From the IMG/VR virus record IMGVR_UViG_3300007513_000010: a DNA stretch of 64,000 bases. The stretch is one strand, 5' to 3'. The DNA comes from a virus. The translations under genes and the position numbers were made by a program. Positions within the stretch are counted from its first letter, which is position 1; every line of letters begins with the position of its first letter. The notes under the pieces were generated by a model. That model was not told the origin of the DNA and made no database searches. It was given only the letters and a program-made list of their open reading frames with translations. Below, in pieces: positions 38,147-48,237 of this stretch.

Positions 38147-41100
38147 ATGAAATTTGCACACATAGCCGACACCCACATTCGAAATTTAAAGTATCACTTT
38201 GAATATCGCGAGGTCTTTAGGCAACTATATAAATCACTAAAAAACAACAAAGTAGACTATATCATCCACTGTGGTGATATTGCACACACTAAGACACAAA
38301 TTTCCCCAGAATTTGTGGATATGTGTAGAGAGTTTTTTGAAAACCTTTCAGCAATTGCCCCAACATATATTATTCTTGGTAACCATGATGGCAACCTTCG
38401 TAATGGCAGTCGACAAGACGCTATATCGCCAATAGTAAAAGCAATCAATTCTCCTAATTTGATCCTGCTTAAACACGCCGGCGAAACCCCGTTATCATCG
38501 GGGTTTGTTCTCAATGTTTTATCGGTATTTGATGAAGATAACTGGGTTAAACCCTCCAACAGAGAATCTATTAACATAGCCCTGTATCACGGCGCGATTA
38601 GTAAATCAAAAACCGACACCAATTGGACACTGGGGGGAGATCACGATATTGGCATTTTCGGGGAATTCGACTTTTCGTTCCTTGGGGATATACATAAGAC
38701 TCAGCAATTAGATAAAGAGGGAAGAATCAGATACGCGGGATCGACAGTTCAGCAAAATTTTGGGGAATCACTCGACAAAGGTTATTTGCTTTGGGATATT
38801 AAAGACAAAGAAGATTTCACCGTCGACCATATAACCTTTGAAAACCCAAAGCCTTTCATTACATTAAATCTAACAAGAAAAGGAAACCTTCCGAGAAGTA
38901 AGCCCCCAGAAGGGGCAAGGTTGAGAATAGTTTCAGAGAACAATGTATCGCTAGATAAAGTGAGAAAGGCCGTCGACACGGCAAAATTTAAATATAATCC
39001 AGAATCAGTAACCTATCTTAATAGAGCTGCAGGCAAGCAGATTACAATCGACGTTCCAGACTCTTCGACAAAAAAGGACCTAAGAGACCTCAAGACTCAA
39101 GAACAGCTGATACAAGAATATCTGAAAGAATATGATGCATCAGAAGAGGTCTTAAAAAGAGTCTTCGAGCTTAACAAAAAATATAACTCCCACATCGAAG
39201 GAACAGAAGATACATTTAGAAATGTGCACTGGTCACTTCAGAAATTAGAGTGGGACAATCTTTTTAATTATGGAGAAGGCAACATGGTTGATTTTTCAAA
39301 GTTAGAGGGCATTGTGGGTATTTTTGGCAAGAATTATTCTGGAAAATCTTCTATTGTGGACTCTTTGCTGTACACCATGTACAATTCGACTTCGAAGTCA
39401 ATAAGAAAAAACCTCAACATTATCAATCAAAACCACTCAGAGTGTAATGGTACCGCGACGATTAGGATAAACGAGACAGACTATATCATCGAGCGCGAAT
39501 CAAAAAAATATACAAAAAGGCTACATGGTGTAGAAACCATAGAAGCTAAAACCGATTTAGATTTTTATGAAGATGATTTTTCAGGGGAAACCGTAGAGCT
39601 AAATGGAACATCCAGGCAAGATACTGATAAAAACATTCGTAAATATTTTGGTTCTTTGGATGATTTCTTGTTAACATCTATGGCTAGCCAATTAAATTCA
39701 CTAACTTTTGTAAACGAAGGTTCAACAAAAAGAAAAGAAATTTTAGCTAAATTTTTAGATCTTGAAATATTTGATAAAAAATTTAGAATGGCGAAAGAAG
39801 ACTCTGCGTATACATCAGCAGCTCTAAAGAGACTATCAGGAATCGATTTCGAATCAGAAATAAACAACATTAAGTCTCAAATTTCAAAAAGCCAACTTCA
39901 AATAGAGACAAACAAGGCCTTGTGTTTGGAGCACAGGGAAGAAATTTCATTGACTTCAGAAAAATTGGAAGAAACACAGGGGAAAATCAACTCAGTTCCT
40001 GCAGAAATTATCGACCCGGTGATTGTCGGTCAAGAAATTGCAGACAAAAAGGCATTAATATTAAAATCCTCCAGAGAAAGAAAAAATGCAATATCAGAAC
40101 TCTCAGAGAGTAAAAGGAAATTTGAAAAAATTGAAGACTTCTTATCAGAGTTCGACATTTCTTCATACGAAGAGAAGAAAAAAATAATAAATGGAAATGA
40201 GGAAAAACTAACAGAGATGATTGCCTCGTTGAAAGAGGAGTCTGAGTTCAAATCTTTAAACGAAAAAAAGAAAAATTTATTGTCAGAAGTTCCGTGCGGT
40301 AGTCAATACCCAACGTGCAAGTTTATTAAAGATGCGCACTCTGCAGTTCAATTGTTGGAGATAACCGACAGAAACATGGGAAATTTATCGCAAAAAATAA
40401 ACAATTTGGGTGCAAAGATAGCAGAATTAGAACCAGAAAGAGTGAACAGTCATATCGATAAATACAACTTGTTAATTGATAAAAGAAACTCTCTTGCAAC
40501 TTCTGTTGCTTCTTCTAGGTTGCGAATAGAAAGAGCAGACGCTCTTTTATTTAGGGAGCAGGTAGAGTTAGAGAAATTAGAAGAAAAAAATACAGAATAT
40601 CATGAAAATAGGGATGCAATTGAAAACCTAAAGGGCTTGATCTTGACGCGCAATTCTTTTAAGAAAGATTTGAAGGAACAAGAACAGCAGCTAGAATCTT
40701 GCGAGCTTGCAATTATAAAGCTCCACAAGCGCCTAGGCGCCCGCGAACAAGAGCTAAAGCAAATGAAGAAAACTTATAAAGAATATCAAACTTTGCAAGA
40801 AGACTTTGCCGCATACCATCTGCTTATGGTGTGTTGTCACCCAAACGGTATTGCTTATGATATTATAAAAGACAGGTTGCCAATTATAAATCAAGAAATT
40901 GCAAAAATCTTGACAAACATTGTAGAATTTGAGATTTTTATTCAAAACGATGACAAGAAGCTTGATATCTTTATAAAGCACCCCAAGCACGAACCACGCC
41001 CCCTAGAAATGGGTTCCGGAGCAGAAAAAACAATAGCGTCTATGGCGATTCGTTTGGCGTTTTTAACTGTTTCAAGTTTGCCCAAGTCGGATCTATTTAT

Positions 41101-41284
41101 TTTAGATGAACCTGGGACTGCTTTAGACGAAGATAATATGGAAGGTTTTGTTCGAATTTTAGATATGATACGAGGTTATTTTAAAACAGTCTTGTTGATA
41201 TCTCATTTAGATAATTTAAAAGATTGCGTAGATATGCAAATTAACATTGAAAGAAAGGGCGGATACGCCCACGTAAATATATAG
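38147..41284 (+). CDS. Mre11/SbcD nuclease - Rad50/SbcC ATPase fusion (gp47-gp46-like)
   Basis: Phosphoesterase motifs ADTH, GDIAH, GNHD, YHG, LGDIH and YAGS. Then Walker A GKNYSGKSS, coiled coil, signature GSGAE, Walker B FILDEPGTALD and H-loop LISH. Confidence 0.92.
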   Translation: MKFAHIADTHIRNLKYHFEYREVFRQLYKSLKNNKVDYIIHCGDIAHTKTQISPEFVDMCREFFENLSAIAPTYIILGNHDGNLRNGSRQDAISPIVKAINSPNLILLKHAGETPLSSGFVLNVLSVFDEDNWVKPSNRESINIALYHGAISKSKTDTNWTLGGDHDIGIFGEFDFSFLGDIHKTQQLDKEGRIRYAGSTVQQNFGESLDKGYLLWDIKDKEDFTVDHITFENPKPFITLNLTRKGNLPRSKPPEGARLRIVSENNVSLDKVRKAVDTAKFKYNPESVTYLNRAAGKQITIDVPDSSTKKDLRDLKTQEQLIQEYLKEYDASEEVLKRVFELNKKYNSHIEGTEDTFRNVHWSLQKLEWDNLFNYGEGNMVDFSKLEGIVGIFGKNYSGKSSIVDSLLYTMYNSTSKSIRKNLNIINQNHSECNGTATIRINETDYIIERESKKYTKRLHGVETIEAKTDLDFYEDDFSGETVELNGTSRQDTDKNIRKYFGSLDDFLLTSMASQLNSLTFVNEGSTKRKEILAKFLDLEIFDKKFRMAKEDSAYTSAALKRLSGIDFESEINNIKSQISKSQLQIETNKALCLEHREEISLTSEKLEETQGKINSVPAEIIDPVIVGQEIADKKALILKSSRERKNAISELSESKRKFEKIEDFLSEFDISSYEEKKKIINGNEEKLTEMIASLKEESEFKSLNEKKKNLLSEVPCGSQYPTCKFIKDAHSAVQLLEITDRNMGNLSQKINNLGAKIAELEPERVNSHIDKYNLLIDKRNSLATSVASSRLRIERADALLFREQVELEKLEEKNTEYHENRDAIENLKGLILTRNSFKKDLKEQEQQLESCELAIIKLHKRLGAREQELKQMKKTYKEYQTLQEDFAAYHLLMVCCHPNGIAYDIIKDRLPIINQEIAKILTNIVEFEIFIQNDDKKLDIFIKHPKHEPRPLEMGSGAEKTIASMAIRLAFLTVSSLPKSDLFILDEPGTALDEDNMEGFVRILDMIRGYFKTVLLISHLDNLKDCVDMQINIERKGGYAHVNI

Positions 41285-41290
41285 GAGATT

Positions 41291-41515
41291 TTGAATATGG
41301 CACGCTTTAAAGCGTTTATGGACAGATATACAGAGAGGTTTATTTCTAGAAAATTTTTGGCTTGGATAACAGCTACGGTTTTGTGCTTATATGGGTCAGT
41401 AACAAGTGATAATTGGACAGCGATTACGCTAGCTTATATTGGCACTCAAGCACTGGTAGATATGGCAGTTCAGTGGAAACACGGCCCGAGATTATATTCG
41501 AGAGATATGGAATGA
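41291..41515 (+). CDS. Small two-TM membrane protein, holin-like (start may be ATG 41297)
   Basis: SRKFLAWITATVLCLYG...WTAITLAYIGTQALVD gives two hydrophobic segments. AGGAG RBS. Confidence 0.55.
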   Translation: MNMARFKAFMDRYTERFISRKFLAWITATVLCLYGSVTSDNWTAITLAYIGTQALVDMAVQWKHGPRLYSRDME

Positions 41516-41916
41516 GTTGGCTGATAGTTAAAAAGGTACTAAAAGAGTCTTGGATTTGGCTAAAAGAACATTGGCAACTGCCGTTCTTGTTTGTATGGAC
41601 GATCGTGGTATATGTTTTAACCAGAAGAAACACAGACTCTTTAATAGAGGTGGTGGAAGCCAAAAAAGAGTCTTACAGGAGGCAAGTTGAAGCTTTACGA
41701 AAAAGTCACAATGATGAACTGTTAAGAAGAGATTCCCTGGAAGACAAGTATGAAAAGGTTTTAGAAGAAGTCGAAAGAAAATTCGAATCAGAAGAAAAAA
41801 GAATATCAGAAGAAAACAAAAATAAGATAAAAGAAGTAATAGTTAAATCAAAAGGAAATTCAGATGAAATTAGAAAAAGAATTGAAGAGGAATTTGGGTT
41901 CAGGTTTGTGGAATAA
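41512..41916 (+). CDS. N-terminal TM plus coiled-coil protein, i-spanin-like
   Basis: ATGA overlap with the holin-like stop. TM segment LPFLFVWTIVVYVL followed by a charged coiled coil. Confidence 0.5.
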   Translation: MSWLIVKKVLKESWIWLKEHWQLPFLFVWTIVVYVLTRRNTDSLIEVVEAKKESYRRQVEALRKSHNDELLRRDSLEDKYEKVLEEVERKFESEEKRISEENKNKIKEVIVKSKGNSDEIRKRIEEEFGFRFVE

Positions 41917-42379
41917 GATTTTTGCGTTTGGTCTTATCGCGACGCTTTCTCTTCCTGTCTACGCGCAACCCAACACTAATGATATTCCTCTGCCGCCCGT
42001 TTCGTTTTCTCGAGTTACTGATGGGGAAATATTAAATAGTATCGGCCTTGACCCAATTGGTGGAGCATGGTGCTATGACGATGAGGCAAATGCCATTCTT
42101 ATTACCGCCCCAGCAAGAGAGAGGTCCAAATGCGAACTCAAACTTATGTACGAACTAGAGAAGCAAAAAGTTAAATATCAGTTTGAGATTGATAAATTAA
42201 AACTAAGAGTCGACACGCTAACCAACCAACACAGGGAAATCAACCTTATAAAAGATAGAGAGATCGACCGCTTAACCGAAGCGGCAATAAAAAGGCCAAA
42301 TGATTATACTGCTTGGTGGGCAACAGGGGGTTTCGTGACAGGAGTTTTGACAACCCTGGCAGTAGTTTTATCTCTATGA
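41906..42379 (+). CDS. Exported protein with signal peptide, coiled coil and C-terminal TM (spanin-partner-like); start uncertain (TTG 41906 or ATG 41864)
   Basis: Signal-like WNKIFAFGLIATLSLPVYAQ. C-terminal hydrophobic WWATGGFVTGVLTTLAVVLSL. Confidence 0.5.
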   Translation: MWNKIFAFGLIATLSLPVYAQPNTNDIPLPPVSFSRVTDGEILNSIGLDPIGGAWCYDDEANAILITAPARERSKCELKLMYELEKQKVKYQFEIDKLKLRVDTLTNQHREINLIKDREIDRLTEAAIKRPNDYTAWWATGGFVTGVLTTLAVVLSL

Positions 42380-42711
42380 CAGACAAAAAAGATTACAATA
42401 AGATAGCTAAAATCGAAAAAGCGATCGCTGAAAAATATGGCAAGGAAGCAACAAAGAACCCTAAGTCCGGATGGAACCAGCAGAAAGAAAAAGAGCACTT
42501 AAAGAGTCTTAAAAAGTTTTATAAAAGAAAAGAAAATAAACTTCGCACACCAAAGGAAGAAAAGGGATCCAGAACCTGTCCGGTTTGTGAAACCTATTCA
42601 CTAGATTTGTCAGATGATATTTATATGAGTAAATATTGTTGTTGTTTTCGTTGTTTTATACAGTATGTCGAAGACAGAGAAGAAAGGTGGCTTTCTGGGT
42701 GGCGCCCTTAA
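42376..42711 (+). CDS. Small Zn-binding protein (CPVC...CCFRC)
   Basis: ATGA-coupled start at 42376. Cys cluster and terminal WLSGWRP. Confidence 0.65.
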   Translation: MTDKKDYNKIAKIEKAIAEKYGKEATKNPKSGWNQQKEKEHLKSLKKFYKRKENKLRTPKEEKGSRTCPVCETYSLDLSDDIYMSKYCCCFRCFIQYVEDREERWLSGWRP

Positions 42712-42743
42712 TTAATTATTTATTGCTAAGTTCAAAATACGGA

Positions 42744-42751
42744 ACTATTTA
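42744..42751 (+). promoter_or_regulatory. ACTATTTA motif (putative late promoter)
   Basis: Immediately upstream of the AGGAGGA RBS that opens the packaging/head operon. Confidence 0.6.
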
Positions 42752-42769
42752 TTAGGAGGAGTGCAAAAT

Positions 42770-43279
42770 ATGGCAACAACATTAGAAATTGTAAATGGAA
42801 TCTCCCAAGTGATGGCCAACTCACACGACGGAGCAACAAATGATAAATTCGAACCTTTATTGGTAGGACTAGAAAGAGAAGAGGGGAACCCTATTACTGA
42901 TTCCAGGGTTGTAGATGGTTTCTCAGTAAGAATCCATGGTGGGAACAGGCTGTGCATATACTACAACCTAGAGCCCCCGCTCAAAGAGGTTCACGGAAGT
43001 TCTTTCGAATCGGATATAGAATCGAGAATAGAGAAAATAAAGTCATTTATCCAAAAAGAATATAAATCTATTACTGGGCGCGCCCTATCACTATCAGATC
43101 CGGAGGAGGTCAAAGTTGTCGTAGAGTATCTTTCTAGAATAAGGACTTCGGTAAGGGCGCACAAAAGCTATAAGATAGGGGGAGTGACCTCAGAGCCAGT
43201 GGGCGAAGAGAGCGAAGATCGATTAGAAGATTCTTTTAAAAAGTGGCTTTCACAGGGTAAGAACGACAAGTTGTTCTAA
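42770..43279 (+). CDS. Hypothetical protein upstream of the large terminase
   Basis: AGGAGGA RBS 9 nt before ATG 42770. TAATG overlap with terL. Confidence 0.65.
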   Translation: MATTLEIVNGISQVMANSHDGATNDKFEPLLVGLEREEGNPITDSRVVDGFSVRIHGGNRLCIYYNLEPPLKEVHGSSFESDIESRIEKIKSFIQKEYKSITGRALSLSDPEEVKVVVEYLSRIRTSVRAHKSYKIGGVTSEPVGEESEDRLEDSFKKWLSQGKNDKLF

Positions 43280-44865
43280 TGGTTTTTCGACTAACCAAAA
43301 AACAAATAATAAAAGAAATTCTGAAATGCGGCAAGCAGCCAGATTATTTTATAAACAATTATTGTAAAATCACCCATCCTCAAAAAGGGCTAGTCCCCTT
43401 TCACTTATATGACTTTCAAAGAGATTTAGTAGAAAAATTTCAAGATCACAGGTTTAATGTTATATTAAAGGCCCGCCAGTTGGGCATATCCACTATTACG
43501 GCGGCCTATGTGGTTTGGCTGATGCTTTTCCATAGAGAGAAGAATGTCCTGGTCATCGCGACCAAATTTCACACGGCAGCAAACTTGGTTAAAAAGGTGA
43601 AAACGATCATAAGAACGTTACCAGAGTGGCTGCAGATTTCAAAAGTCAGTATAGACAACAGAACTTCATTCGAATTAACAAACGGCTCTCAAATAAAAGC
43701 CTCATCGACTTCTGCCGATGCGGGTCGCTCAGAGGCATTATCTCTTTTAGTGGTTGACGAGGCTGCACATGTTGAAAACCTTTCTGAATTATGGGTTGGC
43801 TTGTATCCCACACTTTCTACTGGCGGCCGCTGCATAGCCCTCTCTACTCCAAATGGTGTAGGTAACTGGTTTCACAGGACGTATGTGGACTCTGAATCTG
43901 GTTCAAATGACTTTTTTCCAACAAAATTGCCATGGGATCTACATCCAGACAGAGATGAAGAATGGTTTGAAAAAGAAACAAAAAACATGTCTAGAAGAGA
44001 AATCGCCCAAGAGCTAGAGTGCAACTTCAATATGTCAGGCGAGGGGGTTTTTGATCCTACGGATCTCGAACGCTTGCAAGCATCAATTTTAGATCCAAAA
44101 TATAGAACTGGCGTAGACAGAAACTATTGGATATGGCAAGAGTATGATCCCTCCGCGACCTACCTGTTAACAGCAGATGTGGCAAGAGGAGACGGACAAG
44201 ATTTTTCGGTGTTTCATGTATTTAAACTTGAAACAATGGAATTGGTAGCAGAATACAGGGGAAAATTAACACCCGACTTGTTCTCTAGGGTGGTGCATGA
44301 CGCTGGAAGAGAGTACGGAAATTGCTTGTTGGTTGTGGAAAACAATTCAGTTGGTTTTGCGGTTCTTGAGAAGCTAAAGGAGTACAATTATCCTAATTTA
44401 TATTATTCAATAAAGTCTACTCATGAGTTCGTAGAACAATATCAGGCAGAAGTTATGAACAATTCAGTCGCCGGGTTTACCATGACTTCCAAAACAAGAC
44501 CCTTGGTTATAGCGAAGATGGAAGAATTTATTAGAAATGACCTAATTAAAATATACTCGCCAAGATTGCTGAGCGAGATGAAAACTTTTATTTGGCACAA
44601 TGGAAAGCCAGAAGCTATGAGATCATATAACGACGATTTAGTAATTGCTTGCGCCATCGGGTGCTGGATAAGGGACACGGCTTTGGTTGTCAATCAAAGA
44701 GATGCCGAATACAAGAAAGCTATGTTATCTTCGATAACTAAATATAATAACAATTTAGATACCGCAATTAACGGTATGATTAAGCAAAAAAATACCAAAA
44801 TGTATGATAGGATAAAAGAGCACAGTAAGAACGTTGATAACTATTCGTGGCTGTATAAAGGATAA
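43279..44865 (+). CDS. terL: Terminase large subunit (T4 gp17-like)
   Basis: LYDFQ, KARQLGIST (Walker A region), LVVDEAAH (Walker B), LSTPNG, QELEC, ADVARGDGQDFS, VENN and NDDLVIA. Confidence 0.95.
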   Translation: MVFRLTKKQIIKEILKCGKQPDYFINNYCKITHPQKGLVPFHLYDFQRDLVEKFQDHRFNVILKARQLGISTITAAYVVWLMLFHREKNVLVIATKFHTAANLVKKVKTIIRTLPEWLQISKVSIDNRTSFELTNGSQIKASSTSADAGRSEALSLLVVDEAAHVENLSELWVGLYPTLSTGGRCIALSTPNGVGNWFHRTYVDSESGSNDFFPTKLPWDLHPDRDEEWFEKETKNMSRREIAQELECNFNMSGEGVFDPTDLERLQASILDPKYRTGVDRNYWIWQEYDPSATYLLTADVARGDGQDFSVFHVFKLETMELVAEYRGKLTPDLFSRVVHDAGREYGNCLLVVENNSVGFAVLEKLKEYNYPNLYYSIKSTHEFVEQYQAEVMNNSVAGFTMTSKTRPLVIAKMEEFIRNDLIKIYSPRLLSEMKTFIWHNGKPEAMRSYNDDLVIACAIGCWIRDTALVVNQRDAEYKKAMLSSITKYNNNLDTAINGMIKQKNTKMYDRIKEHSKNVDNYSWLYKG

Positions 44866-44873
44866 GAGGTTTA

Positions 44874-46877
44874 ATGGCTGAGAAAAAAACAAGTAGAAAC
44901 CCGGACAGTTTACTCTTTAGGAGGCTTACTCGCCTTTTATCGGGCCCACTAACAAATTATAGAACACAAACAAACCACAGACTAAGAAGAATTGATTTAG
45001 ACAAGTATGCACAAAGGTTTGTTTCGGTCAGCGGCCGCCAATTTAAGAAAACGGCCTATGATCCCTATGCCAACCTACAGGCAAATGTCTTAGCAGCACA
45101 GCAGCGTACAGAAAGGTACGTAGATTTTGATCAAATGGAATACACTCCTGAGATTGCATCGGCTTTAGATATTTATGCAGACGAAATGACCACTCATAGC
45201 AAGATACAACCCTTGTTGAATATCGATTGCCATAACGAAGAAATAAAGTCAATTCTTGAATCGCTATATTATAACATTATCAACATAGAATATAATCTTT
45301 TTACCTGGTGTCGCTCGATGTGTAAGTATGGAGACTTCTTTTTATACATGGATATCGATGAGATTAGAGGAATCCAGAGCGTGATAGGGTTACCTTCGCA
45401 AGAAGTGGAAAGAATGGAAGGAGAAGATAAATCAAATCCAAACTATGTGCAGTTTCAGTGGAACTCTGCAGGGATGACGTTTGAGAATTGGCAAGTAGCA
45501 CACTTTAGAATATTGGGAAATGATAAGTATAACCCATACGGAACAAGCACTCTGGAGCCCGCCCGCCGTATTTGGAGACAACTAACATTATTAGAAGACG
45601 CGATGATGGCGTATCGAATTGTTAGATCTCCAGAGAGAAGAGCCTTCTATATTGATGTAGGCAATGTTCCCCCACAGGACGTTGAACAATTTATGCAAAA
45701 GGCTATGACCCAAATGAAGAGGAATCAAGTAGTTGACCCCACTACTGGCCGTGTGGACTTAAGGTATAATCCGATGTCGATAGAGGAGGACTATTTTATA
45801 CCTGTGCGAGGTCAAATGAGTGGAACCAAGATAGAATCTATTAAGGGAGGACAATACACCGGAGACATTGATGATGTCAAATACCTGAGAGACAAGCTGT
45901 TCTCTGCCTTGAAGATACCTCCGTCTTATTTAGCTAGGTCGACAGAAGGAGGAGAAGAGGATAAAAGCACTTTAGCCCAAAAGGATATTCGCTTTGCAAG
46001 AACGGTACAAAGACTTCAAAGGTCGGTAACTACGGAACTTGAAAAGATAGGAATTGTTCACTTGTATGTTCTGGGATATAGGGAGGAGGATCTGGTTTCA
46101 TTTAAGATCAACCTGAATAACCCTTCAAAAATTGCAGAACTTCAAGAACTAGAGCACTGGAAGACCAAGTTTGAAGTCGCGACAGGCGCCACCGAAGGAT
46201 TTTTTAGCAAAAGATGGCTGGCTCAAAAGATGTTTGGTATGACTCAGGATGAGTTTGTGAGAAATAGAAGAGAGATGTACAATGATCGAAGGTTTGATGC
46301 TGCTCTCGAATCGGCCGGCGAGATGGAGCAAGCTGCCCAAACAGCAGGCGCCGACGCCGGCGCAATGGGAGCCGAGCCCGGAGGTATGGGCGGCGTCGGA
46401 CCCGAGGCTGAGCTGGGTGGAGACATGGGTATGGGTGGCGAAGGTGGAATGGAGGCACCCGGCGACGCCGGCGGAGAGGCTGCACCAGAACCAGAAGCAG
46501 AGGGCGCTTTATTGGCCGCACCCGGCAAGAGAGACGATGATACTTTTAAGTGGGTCACTCCTGACGGCCGTACAACCACCTCACGATCAAAAGGCAAGAA
46601 ATATACACCACGAGACAAGAAGGGAGGAGACAGAAGAAAAACATCCGGCCCTAGAAAGAAAACATATAAAGGATCTTATGCCTCTGAGAAGTCCAAATCC
46701 ACCCCAAGGAACGTTTTTCCGGGGGCGCTGGATTTAATGAGTATAGGTAGGGGGATTTATGAGAATAAAGAAACTACTTATAGTAGAGAAGAGAAAGAAA
46801 TTTTAACTTTAAACTTAGAATTAAAACAGTTGCACGAATCATTAAAATCGAGGAAAAAAGATGAGACTAAAACATAA
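44874..46877 (+). CDS. Portal protein (T4 gp20-like)
   Basis: PEIASALDIYADE, LLEDAMMAYRIVRSPERRAFYIDVGNVPP, EDYFIPVRG and DDVKYLRDKLFSALKIP. Confidence 0.95.
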   Translation: MAEKKTSRNPDSLLFRRLTRLLSGPLTNYRTQTNHRLRRIDLDKYAQRFVSVSGRQFKKTAYDPYANLQANVLAAQQRTERYVDFDQMEYTPEIASALDIYADEMTTHSKIQPLLNIDCHNEEIKSILESLYYNIINIEYNLFTWCRSMCKYGDFFLYMDIDEIRGIQSVIGLPSQEVERMEGEDKSNPNYVQFQWNSAGMTFENWQVAHFRILGNDKYNPYGTSTLEPARRIWRQLTLLEDAMMAYRIVRSPERRAFYIDVGNVPPQDVEQFMQKAMTQMKRNQVVDPTTGRVDLRYNPMSIEEDYFIPVRGQMSGTKIESIKGGQYTGDIDDVKYLRDKLFSALKIPPSYLARSTEGGEEDKSTLAQKDIRFARTVQRLQRSVTTELEKIGIVHLYVLGYREEDLVSFKINLNNPSKIAELQELEHWKTKFEVATGATEGFFSKRWLAQKMFGMTQDEFVRNRREMYNDRRFDAALESAGEMEQAAQTAGADAGAMGAEPGGMGGVGPEAELGGDMGMGGEGGMEAPGDAGGEAAPEPEAEGALLAAPGKRDDDTFKWVTPDGRTTTSRSKGKKYTPRDKKGGDRRKTSGPRKKTYKGSYASEKSKSTPRNVFPGALDLMSIGRGIYENKETTYSREEKEILTLNLELKQLHESLKSRKKDETKT

Positions 46878-47685
46878 TAAGAAAAGAAATACTGCGTTTG
46901 TTTATGAGGCTTTAATCCGAGAATTGACAACTTCAATTATTAAGAAAAACAGAAACAAACAAAACAAGATCGTTTCAATTATAAAGGAGCATTTTCATTC
47001 CGAAAGTTCTTTGAATGAAGAGTTGGGGCTTTATCGGTCTATTTACGAGACAACAGAGATAGATAAGAACCTCGCAGAGAAAATAGTAAGTGAGGCAAAA
47101 GTCTGTTATTCTAAATTGGATAAAAAGAAAATTTTCAAGGAACAAAGTAATCTCATAAACAAGATTAATCGAGTTTTATCTAATAAGATATTCACAAAAT
47201 TTGTACCAAATTATAAGAGCTTGGCATCTGTATATTCTATTTTTAATGAAAAGCTTCCAGTTCACGACAGAGTTCTTTTAGAAGAAAGGATAGTGGGTCA
47301 GATGTCATCCTCAGTCGACCACCCGACAGAAGATATAAAGGAGCCAATAGACAACATTGTTTACAAAACATTCACAGAGCAGTTTAACAAAGAATACTCA
47401 GAAGGGTTGCTAGAGGAACAGAAAGAGCTGCTAACAAGATACATTTCATCCTTTTCAGACAATTCTTTGTCTCTGAAGATTTTTTTGAACGAGGAGGTTG
47501 GAAGGTTAAGGGGGATTCTCGAAACTTCCAGGACAAAAGAGTTGGTGACTAGCAATCCTGATATCGACAAAAAGATTACAGAAGTGCTAGAGATACTTGA
47601 ATCATACAAAAAAGTAGCAATAAACGAAGACATGATGGAAGAAGTGTTAAAGATTCAGAAGCTTGCAGCGGAGCTAGGTGAGTAA
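46861..47685 (+). CDS. Hypothetical head-assembly region protein
   Basis: Overlaps the portal end. Helical and L-x-E rich. ACTACTTA at 46773-46780 upstream. Confidence 0.65.
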   Translation: MRLKHNKKRNTAFVYEALIRELTTSIIKKNRNKQNKIVSIIKEHFHSESSLNEELGLYRSIYETTEIDKNLAEKIVSEAKVCYSKLDKKKIFKEQSNLINKINRVLSNKIFTKFVPNYKSLASVYSIFNEKLPVHDRVLLEERIVGQMSSSVDHPTEDIKEPIDNIVYKTFTEQFNKEYSEGLLEEQKELLTRYISSFSDNSLSLKIFLNEEVGRLRGILETSRTKELVTSNPDIDKKITEVLEILESYKKVAINEDMMEEVLKIQKLAAELGE

Positions 47686-47688
47686 GCT

Positions 47689-48237
47689 ATGTCGATAGAT
47701 GTAAAGATAAAAGGGATCCCAGTTCCGATTCATTTAAGTGCCCGCCGCACTTTGGATGGAAATATCTTAATTCTTGACCACGAAGATCTAGATATTGTTG
47801 TAATGAAAGAAAAAAAGAAGTGTATTTCTTTCCCAAAGAACGAGATGTCTGATAAGGTTTATTCTTCACAAGACAGGATGTACAAGTTTCTTGTAAAAAA
47901 GGGTGTGGTTGACCCCGGGTCGATTAGGGGAGGTAATGTATATGGCTCTCTTGAAGCCGATATTATAGAGTCCTCAATCCCGGGCGTAGATTCAATCCAA
48001 GCTACTTTATATAGCTTGTATGAATACGTTAAGGAGGAGCGTCCATATTTTGGTAATCTGAAGAAGATTGAAGATGATCATCTCGACCATGTGCTGCATC
48101 CTGATTCTGAACACTCTACTGAGTTGGGAGACGTACCGCACGCTGCAAAGAAGGGGTCTCACGATTCTCGTGTGCGTCCGTTTGGTATGATGTATAATTA
48201 TTCTGTATTGCGAGAAAGCGAAGGCGAGGAAGATTGA
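47689..48237 (+). CDS. Hypothetical protein
   Basis: Tightly packed in the head operon. Confidence 0.65.
   Translation: MSIDVKIKGIPVPIHLSARRTLDGNILILDHEDLDIVVMKEKKKCISFPKNEMSDKVYSSQDRMYKFLVKKGVVDPGSIRGGNVYGSLEADIIESSIPGVDSIQATLYSLYEYVKEERPYFGNLKKIEDDHLDHVLHPDSEHSTELGDVPHAAKKGSHDSRVRPFGMMYNYSVLRESEGEED

Noticed and set aside
42770-43279. Small terminase subunit call
   Set aside because: The position fits, but I recognise no gp16-like motif, so it is left as hypothetical.
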